Positions 39,127 through 46,830 of a DNA stretch of 59,431 nt are shown here, one piece after another. The translations under genes were made by a program, and so were the position numbers. The notes beneath the pieces are model-generated. The model saw only the letters and a program-made list of their open reading frames with translations. It did not search any database and was not told the DNA's origin. Each line of letters begins with the position of its first letter. The first letter of the stretch is position 1. Source of the stretch: an uncultured virus (IMG/VR IMGVR_UViG_3300011691_000001) (Duplodnaviria > Heunggongvirae > Uroviricota > Caudoviricetes); the IMG/VR virus record IMGVR_UViG_3300011691_000001. One strand, given 5' to 3'.

Positions 39127-41601
39127 ATGACATTAGAAGTCAAAGATATATTTTCTGTAGAAAATAAATATAGAAAATCAATAGAAAAGAATAGCAATAA
39201 TGGCTTTGGAAAAGAGAAGATAGTTATTGGAGTTCATAAACGTGTATCTACAGATAAACAATTTCAAGATGGTGATTCCTTAGAAATGCAACAGGAGTTA
39301 GCTAATAAACATGCAAATGAAATAGGAGGGGTTATTTACAAGTACTATGAAGAGAACGGGTTATCTGCTAAAAAGAACCCCCTTGATAAACGTCCAGTTA
39401 TGCAAGATATTATTCAAGACATAGAGGACGGAAAGATTAATTATCTCATTGCATATAGACGAGATCGATTGTTTAGAAACCAAGCTGAGAATATGTGGTT
39501 CTGGTCTTTATTAGCTGAACATGATTGTAAGATATTTCTAACTGCAAGTGGAGAGACACAAGTTAATATTGAGGAAATTAAAAAAGCAGGAACAACAAAA
39601 ATGATGGAATCCATTCTCGCCATGTTAGCAGAAATGGAATCAGAAATTACATCGACTCGTGTTTCAGATACAATGATTTCAAAAGCTAAAAAGGGAGAGT
39701 ATACAGGTGGTGCTACTCCAATAGGGTATGACAGAATTGAGGGGAGATTTGTTCCTAAAAATGGAGTGAAAGAGCTATTTTGTATGGTTGAGGATTTGTA
39801 TTTGCAGGGTTTTGGATTATTATCTATAGCCAAATGGTTAAATGGTGAAAAAGTAGCTGATCTACCGCAACTTGAATCTAGTATTAAAAAACCCATAGAC
39901 TGTCACAAGGATACATTATGGAATCATAGAAATATAAATACAATTTTATTTAATCCATTCTATACTGGTCATGTTTCATATCAAAGTAAGAAAAATATAG
40001 AAATGAATCGCATTATCAAAGAAGTGGACTATATTGAACCTATTAGAACATTAGAAAGACAAAAACAAATTAATTCATTTAAAAAGAAAAAAGAAGAGGG
40101 AAAGAAAGCTCCTAGAGCCTACAACACATCATTCTTATTGACAGGGTTACTTTATTGCGGTGAATGTGGGGCAAAAATGTTAGGGTCAACTACACAGAAA
40201 AAGGGTAGTGAAAAGAAGTATTGTTATTACAGTTGTCCTACTAAGAAGAGTTATTATGGTGGTGTGAAAAAATGTGAAAACGTACATTACAATAAAGATG
40301 TCCTTGAAGCTGTAGTGATAAAAGCAACAAAAGAAAAAACACAATTTATTATGTCAGATGATTTTTATAAAAAAGCAAGTAAAAAAATTAAAGACGATAA
40401 AAAGACTTATGCAAGTCAATATGATCTAATATCAGAAGAAGTTACTAAGAAAGAAAAAGAACTATCAAGATTGATAAAGATGACTACTCAAATAGAGGAT
40501 GTAGAATTGCAAAAGGTATATTTTGCTGAACAGTCCCAACTTATTACAAAAATAAATGAAATGAAAGATAGTATGCTGTTAGTTGCAGAAAAAGCAAACG
40601 GAGAAGTGAGTGATGATTTTAATTTTGAATCATTCGTTGAATTATCTAAAGACTACTCTAAAATGATTGGAGTAGCACCAATCGGAATTCAGAAACAATT
40701 AATTGAAAATCTATTTGCTGATATAAGAATAGATAAAAATGGAGAGGTGTCTATGCAATGGAATATAGGATTAGTTGAACTATTAGCTCCTGTAAAAGAG
40801 GTTGATGATAGTAATAATACTGACGAAGTTATGTTCTATACAACGGTAGGTTCGCCAATGGTTACAAAGAACATAATAAATCACCAACAGAATAATATGT
40901 CAGTTAAATTCAACTACCATAATGAATTAGTTGAAGTAGCTAATTTTATAACAGAAAGGTTTTACGATTTTATAGAAGGATATGATAAATATCTACATCC
41001 TAAAAATAGATCACTCCTCATTTCTAAAGACACACCTAGTAAAAAGAAAGATAAATTATCTGACAATTCCTATATGAAATACGTAATGAATAATTACGAT
41101 ATACCATATACATCCATTACACATTCATTTAAGAATGGATTATCTGCACCTTTCATAAATAAGATATTGGATGTATTAAACTTATCTGTGATTGACTTTA
41201 AAAAGTACCTTTTAGAAAAGCATTCATTTAATTTGGAAGAAGAGTCATTGACACATTATTTATACTTTGGAAGAGAAAAAAGAACAGAATACCACAAGAG
41301 AAGAAATCAAGAAAAAATGCAAAATAAAGTGTTCTTTAGAGGTAAAATAATTTGTCAAGGTTGTGGGGAATATATGTCTGTTAGAGGATTATCTGAAATG
41401 GTTAGATATTGTTGCAGAACGCACGATAAGAAAAATGATGAATGTAAAGGTAGAATGAAGACAATATCGCAGAGTAAAATATTGAATCATATAAAGGATG
41501 AAAAAGGTCTTGAATTATTGAATAAGACAAAAGCATTTGACACTATCCATCATATTTACTTGGAAATCGATGGATCGATCACAGTCAAATATAAAGATTA
41601 A
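39127..41601 (+). CDS. large serine recombinase (integrase) with extended C-terminus
   Basis: KRVSTDKQ catalytic Ser, RDRLFRN, recombinase domain, zinc ribbon GLLYCGECG..YYSC..C, coiled coil; extra ~270 aa with a second zinc ribbon. Confidence 0.92.
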   Translation: MTLEVKDIFSVENKYRKSIEKNSNNGFGKEKIVIGVHKRVSTDKQFQDGDSLEMQQELANKHANEIGGVIYKYYEENGLSAKKNPLDKRPVMQDIIQDIEDGKINYLIAYRRDRLFRNQAENMWFWSLLAEHDCKIFLTASGETQVNIEEIKKAGTTKMMESILAMLAEMESEITSTRVSDTMISKAKKGEYTGGATPIGYDRIEGRFVPKNGVKELFCMVEDLYLQGFGLLSIAKWLNGEKVADLPQLESSIKKPIDCHKDTLWNHRNINTILFNPFYTGHVSYQSKKNIEMNRIIKEVDYIEPIRTLERQKQINSFKKKKEEGKKAPRAYNTSFLLTGLLYCGECGAKMLGSTTQKKGSEKKYCYYSCPTKKSYYGGVKKCENVHYNKDVLEAVVIKATKEKTQFIMSDDFYKKASKKIKDDKKTYASQYDLISEEVTKKEKELSRLIKMTTQIEDVELQKVYFAEQSQLITKINEMKDSMLLVAEKANGEVSDDFNFESFVELSKDYSKMIGVAPIGIQKQLIENLFADIRIDKNGEVSMQWNIGLVELLAPVKEVDDSNNTDEVMFYTTVGSPMVTKNIINHQQNNMSVKFNYHNELVEVANFITERFYDFIEGYDKYLHPKNRSLLISKDTPSKKKDKLSDNSYMKYVMNNYDIPYTSITHSFKNGLSAPFINKILDVLNLSVIDFKKYLLEKHSFNLEEESLTHYLYFGREKRTEYHKRRNQEKMQNKVFFRGKIICQGCGEYMSVRGLSEMVRYCCRTHDKKNDECKGRMKTISQSKILNHIKDEKGLELLNKTKAFDTIHHIYLEIDGSITVKYKD
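40829..40876. other. candidate attP site inside the recombinase ORF
   Basis: 48-bp imperfect inverted repeat TTATGTTCTATACAAC-N16-GTTACAAAGAACATAA centred on a TC dinucleotide. Confidence 0.55.
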
Positions 41602-41663
41602 GTACTTTATTATCTCTTCAAACTATGCGAAAATTGTATAGCAGAAAAGGAGATTTTTTATAT

Positions 41664-42767
41664 ATGAACACTATAACTAAGCCATATGACACATGGGAGA
41701 GCTATCATGACATTGAGAAATATGGAAAACTAACTTTATCAAACATTGAATTTACAACTACAAATTTGTGTAATATGCGATGTGCTCATTGTGCGGTAGG
41801 CTATGCTTTAACAAATAAAGAAGCCCAATCGCTTCCAATTGATGATATCCTAAGACAATTAGATGAAGTTGATACCCTACGTACAATGAGTTTTACTGGT
41901 GGAGAGCCTTTATTAACTAAGAAGGGCATTAGAGATAATTTATTGCCACTTCTTAAATATGCCAAAAGTAGAAATATTAAAACACAAATCAACTCCAATT
42001 TAACTTTACCAATGGATCATTATGAATTGGTTGCTCCGTATCTTGACGTTATGCATATTTCTCATAACTGGTGTACTGAAGAGGAATTTGTTGAAACAGG
42101 GTTTGCTATGATGGAAAGAAAACCTCCAGTACAAAAGAGAGCCGAGCTATACAGAAACATTTTAGATAATGCTAGGGAACTTTCAAAGGGAGGTATGTTT
42201 GTATCTGCTGAAACAATGCTAAATCGTAACACAGTTCCTTATCTTGAGAAAATTCACAATGAAGTAGCTAATGAGATGAAATGTAAAAGGCATGAAATTC
42301 ACCCTATGTATTCGAGTGACTTCGCTGAAAATTTAGAAACTATAGGTTTGGATGAATACAGAGAAACAGTTAATAATATTCTAGACTTCAGAAATGAAGA
42401 TATTTGGATACTATTTGGTACATTACCTTTCTATGCTTGTAGTTCAGATAAGCGTGACTTAGACTTATTACAAAGAATTAACAATACATCTAATACTACA
42501 ATCAGAAATGATGTAGATGGTCGCTCAAGAATGAACCTAAACATATTCACTGGAGATATTTCAGTATCAGATTTCACTGATGATGGAGCAGCATTAGGTA
42601 ATATTAAAGAACAATCACTGATTAATATTTATGACAAGTGGTTAAATACTAACATTTCAAACAGTATCAACTGTCACTGTCCTGCTGTTAAGTGTCTTGG
42701 TTCAAATATCATTGTTAAAAATATGTACTATCCTGATAAAACTTTTGTTAGTGGGTCAGTAAAGTAG
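41664..42767 (+). CDS. yfkA: radical SAM/CxCxxxxC protein, YfkAB family
   Basis: IEFTTTNLCNMRCAHCAVG, SFTGGEP, TQINSNLT, LDVMHISHNW, CHCPAVKCLG. Confidence 0.9.
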   Translation: MNTITKPYDTWESYHDIEKYGKLTLSNIEFTTTNLCNMRCAHCAVGYALTNKEAQSLPIDDILRQLDEVDTLRTMSFTGGEPLLTKKGIRDNLLPLLKYAKSRNIKTQINSNLTLPMDHYELVAPYLDVMHISHNWCTEEEFVETGFAMMERKPPVQKRAELYRNILDNARELSKGGMFVSAETMLNRNTVPYLEKIHNEVANEMKCKRHEIHPMYSSDFAENLETIGLDEYRETVNNILDFRNEDIWILFGTLPFYACSSDKRDLDLLQRINNTSNTTIRNDVDGRSRMNLNIFTGDISVSDFTDDGAALGNIKEQSLINIYDKWLNTNISNSINCHCPAVKCLGSNIIVKNMYYPDKTFVSGSVK

Positions 42768-42778
42768 TATTCAATATT

Positions 42779-42831
42779 ATAAGAAATCATGTACTATCTT
42801 CATACTTTTAAAGATATGCATGATTTCTTAT
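42779..42831. terminator. bidirectional terminator between convergent genes
   Basis: ATAAGAAATCATG...CATGATTTCTTAT long inverted repeat. Confidence 0.7.
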
Positions 42832-42887
42832 TTAAATTAAAATAATTTTAAATGTGTTACTTGTTGAATTTAAATTATTATTAAAGT

Positions 42888-43193
42888 TTATAAAAGAAAG
42901 TTCCCAGTATCCTTTTTTTCTACAATTTCTGTTTGTTTAAAAGTAGTTGAAGTAGGGGAAATAGTGGTTTTATTTTCTCGAATACCAACTTCGCTTTCAA
43001 ATTTTTCTGCAATTAATTCCTTGCCAAGTCCACTAAAGGATGTAGAATGCATTAAAGCATATTTCAAAAGCTCCATTTGACGTTCACTTTCTTTATTAAA
43101 GGTGACTGCTTGAGTTATATACTTACCTTTAGTCTTCCTCTTCATCTCTCTAATCATTGCTTCGGCTTCTTCTTCTGATCTAAGATATCCCAT
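42888..43193 (-). CDS. ParR-like adaptor/DNA-binding protein
   Basis: Overlaps ParM stop; beta-helix-helix pattern KYITQAVTF...FSGLGKELI; GGAGG RBS. Confidence 0.6.
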   Translation of the reverse strand: MGYLRSEEEAEAMIREMKRKTKGKYITQAVTFNKESERQMELLKYALMHSTSFSGLGKELIAEKFESEVGIRENKTTISPTSTTFKQTEIVEKKDTGNFLL

Positions 43194-44016
43194 ATGCCGA
43201 CCTCCCTGAGTTATACATTCCAATTGCATTACACATTTTAGGATTTTCCATTACTTCTGCATTTGGAAAGAATTCTTTAACATACGTAACTAATTGAATA
43301 TCTAACGCTCCACCACCAAGAAGATATACAATATCGTGTTTACCCCACATTTTACATAACATTCCACAGATATAATCTGCCAATCCTTTGGGGCTATAAT
43401 TACCATCTAAAGCTTCTAATCCTACTCCAAAAAATGTATCACTTTCAGTATCTATAAATCTAATTACATCGCCTTCTTTTATTGTTGTGGCAGCACCAAT
43501 GGTACGTGATCCAAAATCTATGAATCTTGACTTTCCATTGGGTTCATTTATAAAAAATGCTGAAGCCGTTTCAGGAGCAACTTTTACTTCATTAATAGAA
43601 AAGGTTTTGGAAACTCCATTTATCATAATGGTATGCGATCCCTTGAGGCGTTGTAATCGACCATCTCTTTCTTGTAATGAATAGCTTTTTATTGGAACAG
43701 AAACAACAATGTTATTTGCCAAGTATCCATATTGATGTATTGCAATTAAGACAGACAAGTCATAAAACTCATGTTGTTTTGTTTCTGTATGCATTTGTAA
43801 GGGAAGGGTGCAATCATATTTAGCTAACATTCCTGCAACGTATTTCTGTCCTTTGTAGTCAACAATGAAATCATGTTTATGAGTTATTTCAGTTAGATTT
43901 CTTTTGCCGAAATATCCTTTAACACTAGGGAAATTTTCTTTCACATCTTTCGTTACAACACAAGTTGAATTGCCTCCGTCATCAATTGCAACTACTCCCA
44001 CAACATTGTTATTCAA
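43180..44016 (-). CDS. ParM/StbA family actin-like ATPase
   Basis: AIDDGGNST, VAPET, FIDFGSRT, LLGGGA, NAIG actin-fold motifs. Confidence 0.85.
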   Translation of the reverse strand: MNNNVVGVVAIDDGGNSTCVVTKDVKENFPSVKGYFGKRNLTEITHKHDFIVDYKGQKYVAGMLAKYDCTLPLQMHTETKQHEFYDLSVLIAIHQYGYLANNIVVSVPIKSYSLQERDGRLQRLKGSHTIMINGVSKTFSINEVKVAPETASAFFINEPNGKSRFIDFGSRTIGAATTIKEGDVIRFIDTESDTFFGVGLEALDGNYSPKGLADYICGMLCKMWGKHDIVYLLGGGALDIQLVTYVKEFFPNAEVMENPKMCNAIGMYNSGRSAYGIS

Positions 44017-44268
44017 TAAAATCCCCTTTCGCTCAATTTATTGATGTTAATTTAGCTTATGTGAGACATTTATAAAAATGAGTAAAATTTTAAAGATATT
44101 TGAGATGTTTTAAACTTTTTTGATTTAGAAACCCTTGTAAACATTGGGTTTTAAAGTTCTTAAAATTAAATAAAATGGGGGTTTTATTAAAAGAAATAAA
44201 TTAAGTCTCAAAACAAATAAAAACCATCCTGAATCCCTTAATTAGAGATAATTGATGGTTTCTTACTT

Positions 44269-44481
44269 TTATTTATTTTCAGTTTCTAGATGTTCAATCA
44301 AAGCCTTCCGAGCATATTCGCCAAATGAAGTAGTCCTCATCAACACATTCTTTAATAATTCAATCTGTTGGGGGCTATCCTTTTTAAATAAAACACTCTG
44401 AGTGATGTATTTTCCTTTTCCTTTTTGCAACAGTTCTTCTATTATACGTTCAGCTTCTTTTTCTGATCTGACTATAGCCAA
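44269..44481 (-). CDS. second ParR-like paralog
   Basis: RSEKEAERII..KGKYITQSVLF..Q.ELLK similar to 42888-43193. Confidence 0.65.
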   Translation of the reverse strand: MAIVRSEKEAERIIEELLQKGKGKYITQSVLFKKDSPQQIELLKNVLMRTTSFGEYARKALIEHLETENK

Positions 44482-44878
44482 GACATACCACTCCCTCCAT
44501 ATATATTACATATGTCAAACTGGAAGGGGATATGTTTGAAATTATTTAAAATAGTTTTTAATTATTAGTAATTCTTTTTAGCATCCCTACATAAATTACG
44601 AGTAAGTTCAAAAGAATTTAAAACATTTTTAAATTAAAAATCCCATTACAAATATGCAACGAGTCATATCAATCGAAACATCAAAACTGTTTTTAAAAGT
44701 TAAGGTATATTTTCAATTTATTTGAGATAATATGGCATTGAACAGCTAAAGGTTGGCTAATTATCAAATAATCAAATTATCGCTAAGAATTAGCTTAATT
44801 ATCACAGGGATTAACACATTGACAACGATAATAATAAGAAAAATGAGCATTAAAATTACACAAATATATAAATAAGAA

Positions 44879-45055
44879 TTACTCTTCGTAATGTACTTTT
44901 GCAAATACTCCAAACTCATCAAGAATTTCTAAAATCTCTTCAACTTCTTTTCTTTCCATTTTTAATTCACTAAATACTCTAGGGTCGCAACTATCTAAAT
45001 TTACTTTCCAATCAGATTGAGGACGATGTAACCAATCATTAAAGAACATACCCAT
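44879..45055 (-). CDS. small hypothetical protein (58 aa, MGMFFNDWLHRPQ...)
   Basis: Translated by hand; AAAAGGAG RBS. Confidence 0.55.
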   Translation of the reverse strand: MGMFFNDWLHRPQSDWKVNLDSCDPRVFSELKMERKEVEEILEILDEFGVFAKVHYEE

Positions 45056-45135
45056 ACAACAGCAACTCCTTTTTATGCTTTGTTATCAATCTGTCCATTT
45101 TAATTTAATTAATACATTTTAAAAGGAGGAATATT

Positions 45136-45273
45136 GTGAGTGGAATTGTTGTCTTATTAGGACAAATAGGAATTGCATTAGGTGGATTTATAGGAATGTC
45201 GTCTATTTTGAATTGGTATCATGGAGGAGGTAAGAAAGATGACAAGTCTAATAGCAAGCTACCATTACAATAA
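45136..45273 (+). CDS. small membrane peptide (45 aa, MSGIVVLLGQIGIALGGFIGM...)
   Basis: AAAGGAGG RBS, GTG start; translated by hand. Confidence 0.55.
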   Translation: MSGIVVLLGQIGIALGGFIGMSSILNWYHGGGKKDDKSNSKLPLQ

Positions 45274-45793
45274 TGGAATTCGTCAAATGTCGATAAATAG
45301 TAAATGTTTAGATGATTTAAAAATAGAAAGAAATGAAAAAGATGAGTTCATACCTTTTATAGAAGAGTTAACAAAGGAGGTGACACTGCTAACCAAGAAA
45401 GCACAACATCAATTTTATACAAAACTAAAAAAGTTATCCTTGATGATAATTCCTTTACTTGCACCAACAAAAATAACTCATGCACAAGAAATAACAAGCT
45501 TCCCACTGTTAGAGAAATCACACGGAATAGAATTATTACCTCCAGAAGTTATAGACATCCTGAAGCAATTGATCTTAGCCTTCGGGACAGTTTCAGTTGC
45601 ATTGGCAATTCTGTTTCTAATGGGAGCAGGAGTTTACAGAATGATAGGGAACGAAAGAAAAGCAAGGGAATGGTCAGTGAATGTGATAAAAGGCTTTGGT
45701 CAAGTGTTACTAGCACCAGTAATTATTCTCATATTAACTACACTAACTGCTTTAATCTTCAAAAACGTCCGTGGCTTAGATGCATTCTTTTAA
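45221..45793 (+). CDS. VirB2/TrbC pilin-like membrane protein
   Basis: Signal-like segment ending THA-QE, then two TM helices separated by ERKAREWSVNVIKG; alternative CTG start at 45386. Confidence 0.55.
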   Translation: MEEVRKMTSLIASYHYNNGIRQMSINSKCLDDLKIERNEKDEFIPFIEELTKEVTLLTKKAQHQFYTKLKKLSLMIIPLLAPTKITHAQEITSFPLLEKSHGIELLPPEVIDILKQLILAFGTVSVALAILFLMGAGVYRMIGNERKAREWSVNVIKGFGQVLLAPVIILILTTLTALIFKNVRGLDAFF

Positions 45794-46830
45794 CATTAAC
45801 TGTACCATTTGCAACCCTAAGTACTTTTCAAATAAAAGCATCGGCTGCTTGGTATGACAAATTTAATCCTATTCCTAAAGAAACACAAACAAAAGTAAAC
45901 TCAATCATTGATACCATATATAAAATATTTGATTGGTTTAAAAACATAAAACAAAACATAACTGAATTATCAACTGACTTAATGTTTTGGGTTTATGAGA
46001 CATTGTCAAAAGTAGTGCTACATACACCTTCACTTTTATTTAATACTGAGTGGTTTAAAGGGAATATCTTAACTTTCACAGGATTATCTATTGCAGCAAC
46101 CATATTACTTTCAATGGTTGAAGGGTTGAAAATGATGTCTGGTGATCTGATAGAAAATAAAAAGCCTACTGATTTAAAACGGATAACCAAAAGGATTCCA
46201 TTAGTTGTATTAGGTTCTGCAATTGCACCTAGTGCGTTTTATTACATGTTTAAAGGATTAAATAAACTTACTGATATAATAATTGATTTCGGAAAGTTTC
46301 AAATGGAAAAGGGCATGAGCCAACTATCAGTTAATGACATATCTTTGCTGCAAATGTTTGGTTTTATCGGTTTTGACATTGCGTTAATCACTATGATGAT
46401 TCCTATACTTTTGCAGAATTTTAGAAGGTGGTTTGATCTACTTGCTTTAGGTGTTATGACACCATTGGCATTAGCATGTTGGGTATTTGCATCACAAGAA
46501 CATTGGTTCATTATGTGGAGAGAACACATCAAAAAATGTACCTTAGTTCAAGTTATCTATGCAATATTCTTACTGTTAATTGGAACTTTATTATTTGGAA
46601 CGAAAATAACTAATGATTCATGGGATGTTTTAATTCAATTAGGAATTGTTATTGGAGGTTTATGGAGAATGAATACGCCCCCAAATTTTTTATCTCGATA
46701 TATTGATAGAGGAGAAGATGTTACTTCGATGTGGAACGGTGCATTCAATGCTGTAAGACCTGTGACTATGATTAAGAAAAAGTTTAAGTTAAACAATAGA
46801 AATACAGTAAGGGGTGTGAAATCTAGATGA
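45670..46830 (+). CDS. VirB6/TrbL-like polytopic membrane protein
   Basis: Multiple TM segments; RRWFDLLALGVMTPLALACW pattern; start uncertain. Confidence 0.55.
   Translation: MVSECDKRLWSSVTSTSNYSHINYTNCFNLQKRPWLRCILLTLTVPFATLSTFQIKASAAWYDKFNPIPKETQTKVNSIIDTIYKIFDWFKNIKQNITELSTDLMFWVYETLSKVVLHTPSLLFNTEWFKGNILTFTGLSIAATILLSMVEGLKMMSGDLIENKKPTDLKRITKRIPLVVLGSAIAPSAFYYMFKGLNKLTDIIIDFGKFQMEKGMSQLSVNDISLLQMFGFIGFDIALITMMIPILLQNFRRWFDLLALGVMTPLALACWVFASQEHWFIMWREHIKKCTLVQVIYAIFLLLIGTLLFGTKITNDSWDVLIQLGIVIGGLWRMNTPPNFLSRYIDRGEDVTSMWNGAFNAVRPVTMIKKKFKLNNRNTVRGVKSR

Noticed and set aside
44020..44265. parC-like iteron array
   Set aside because: AT-rich with a few short TGAGA/TCTCA elements, but no regular repeat array could be established by eye
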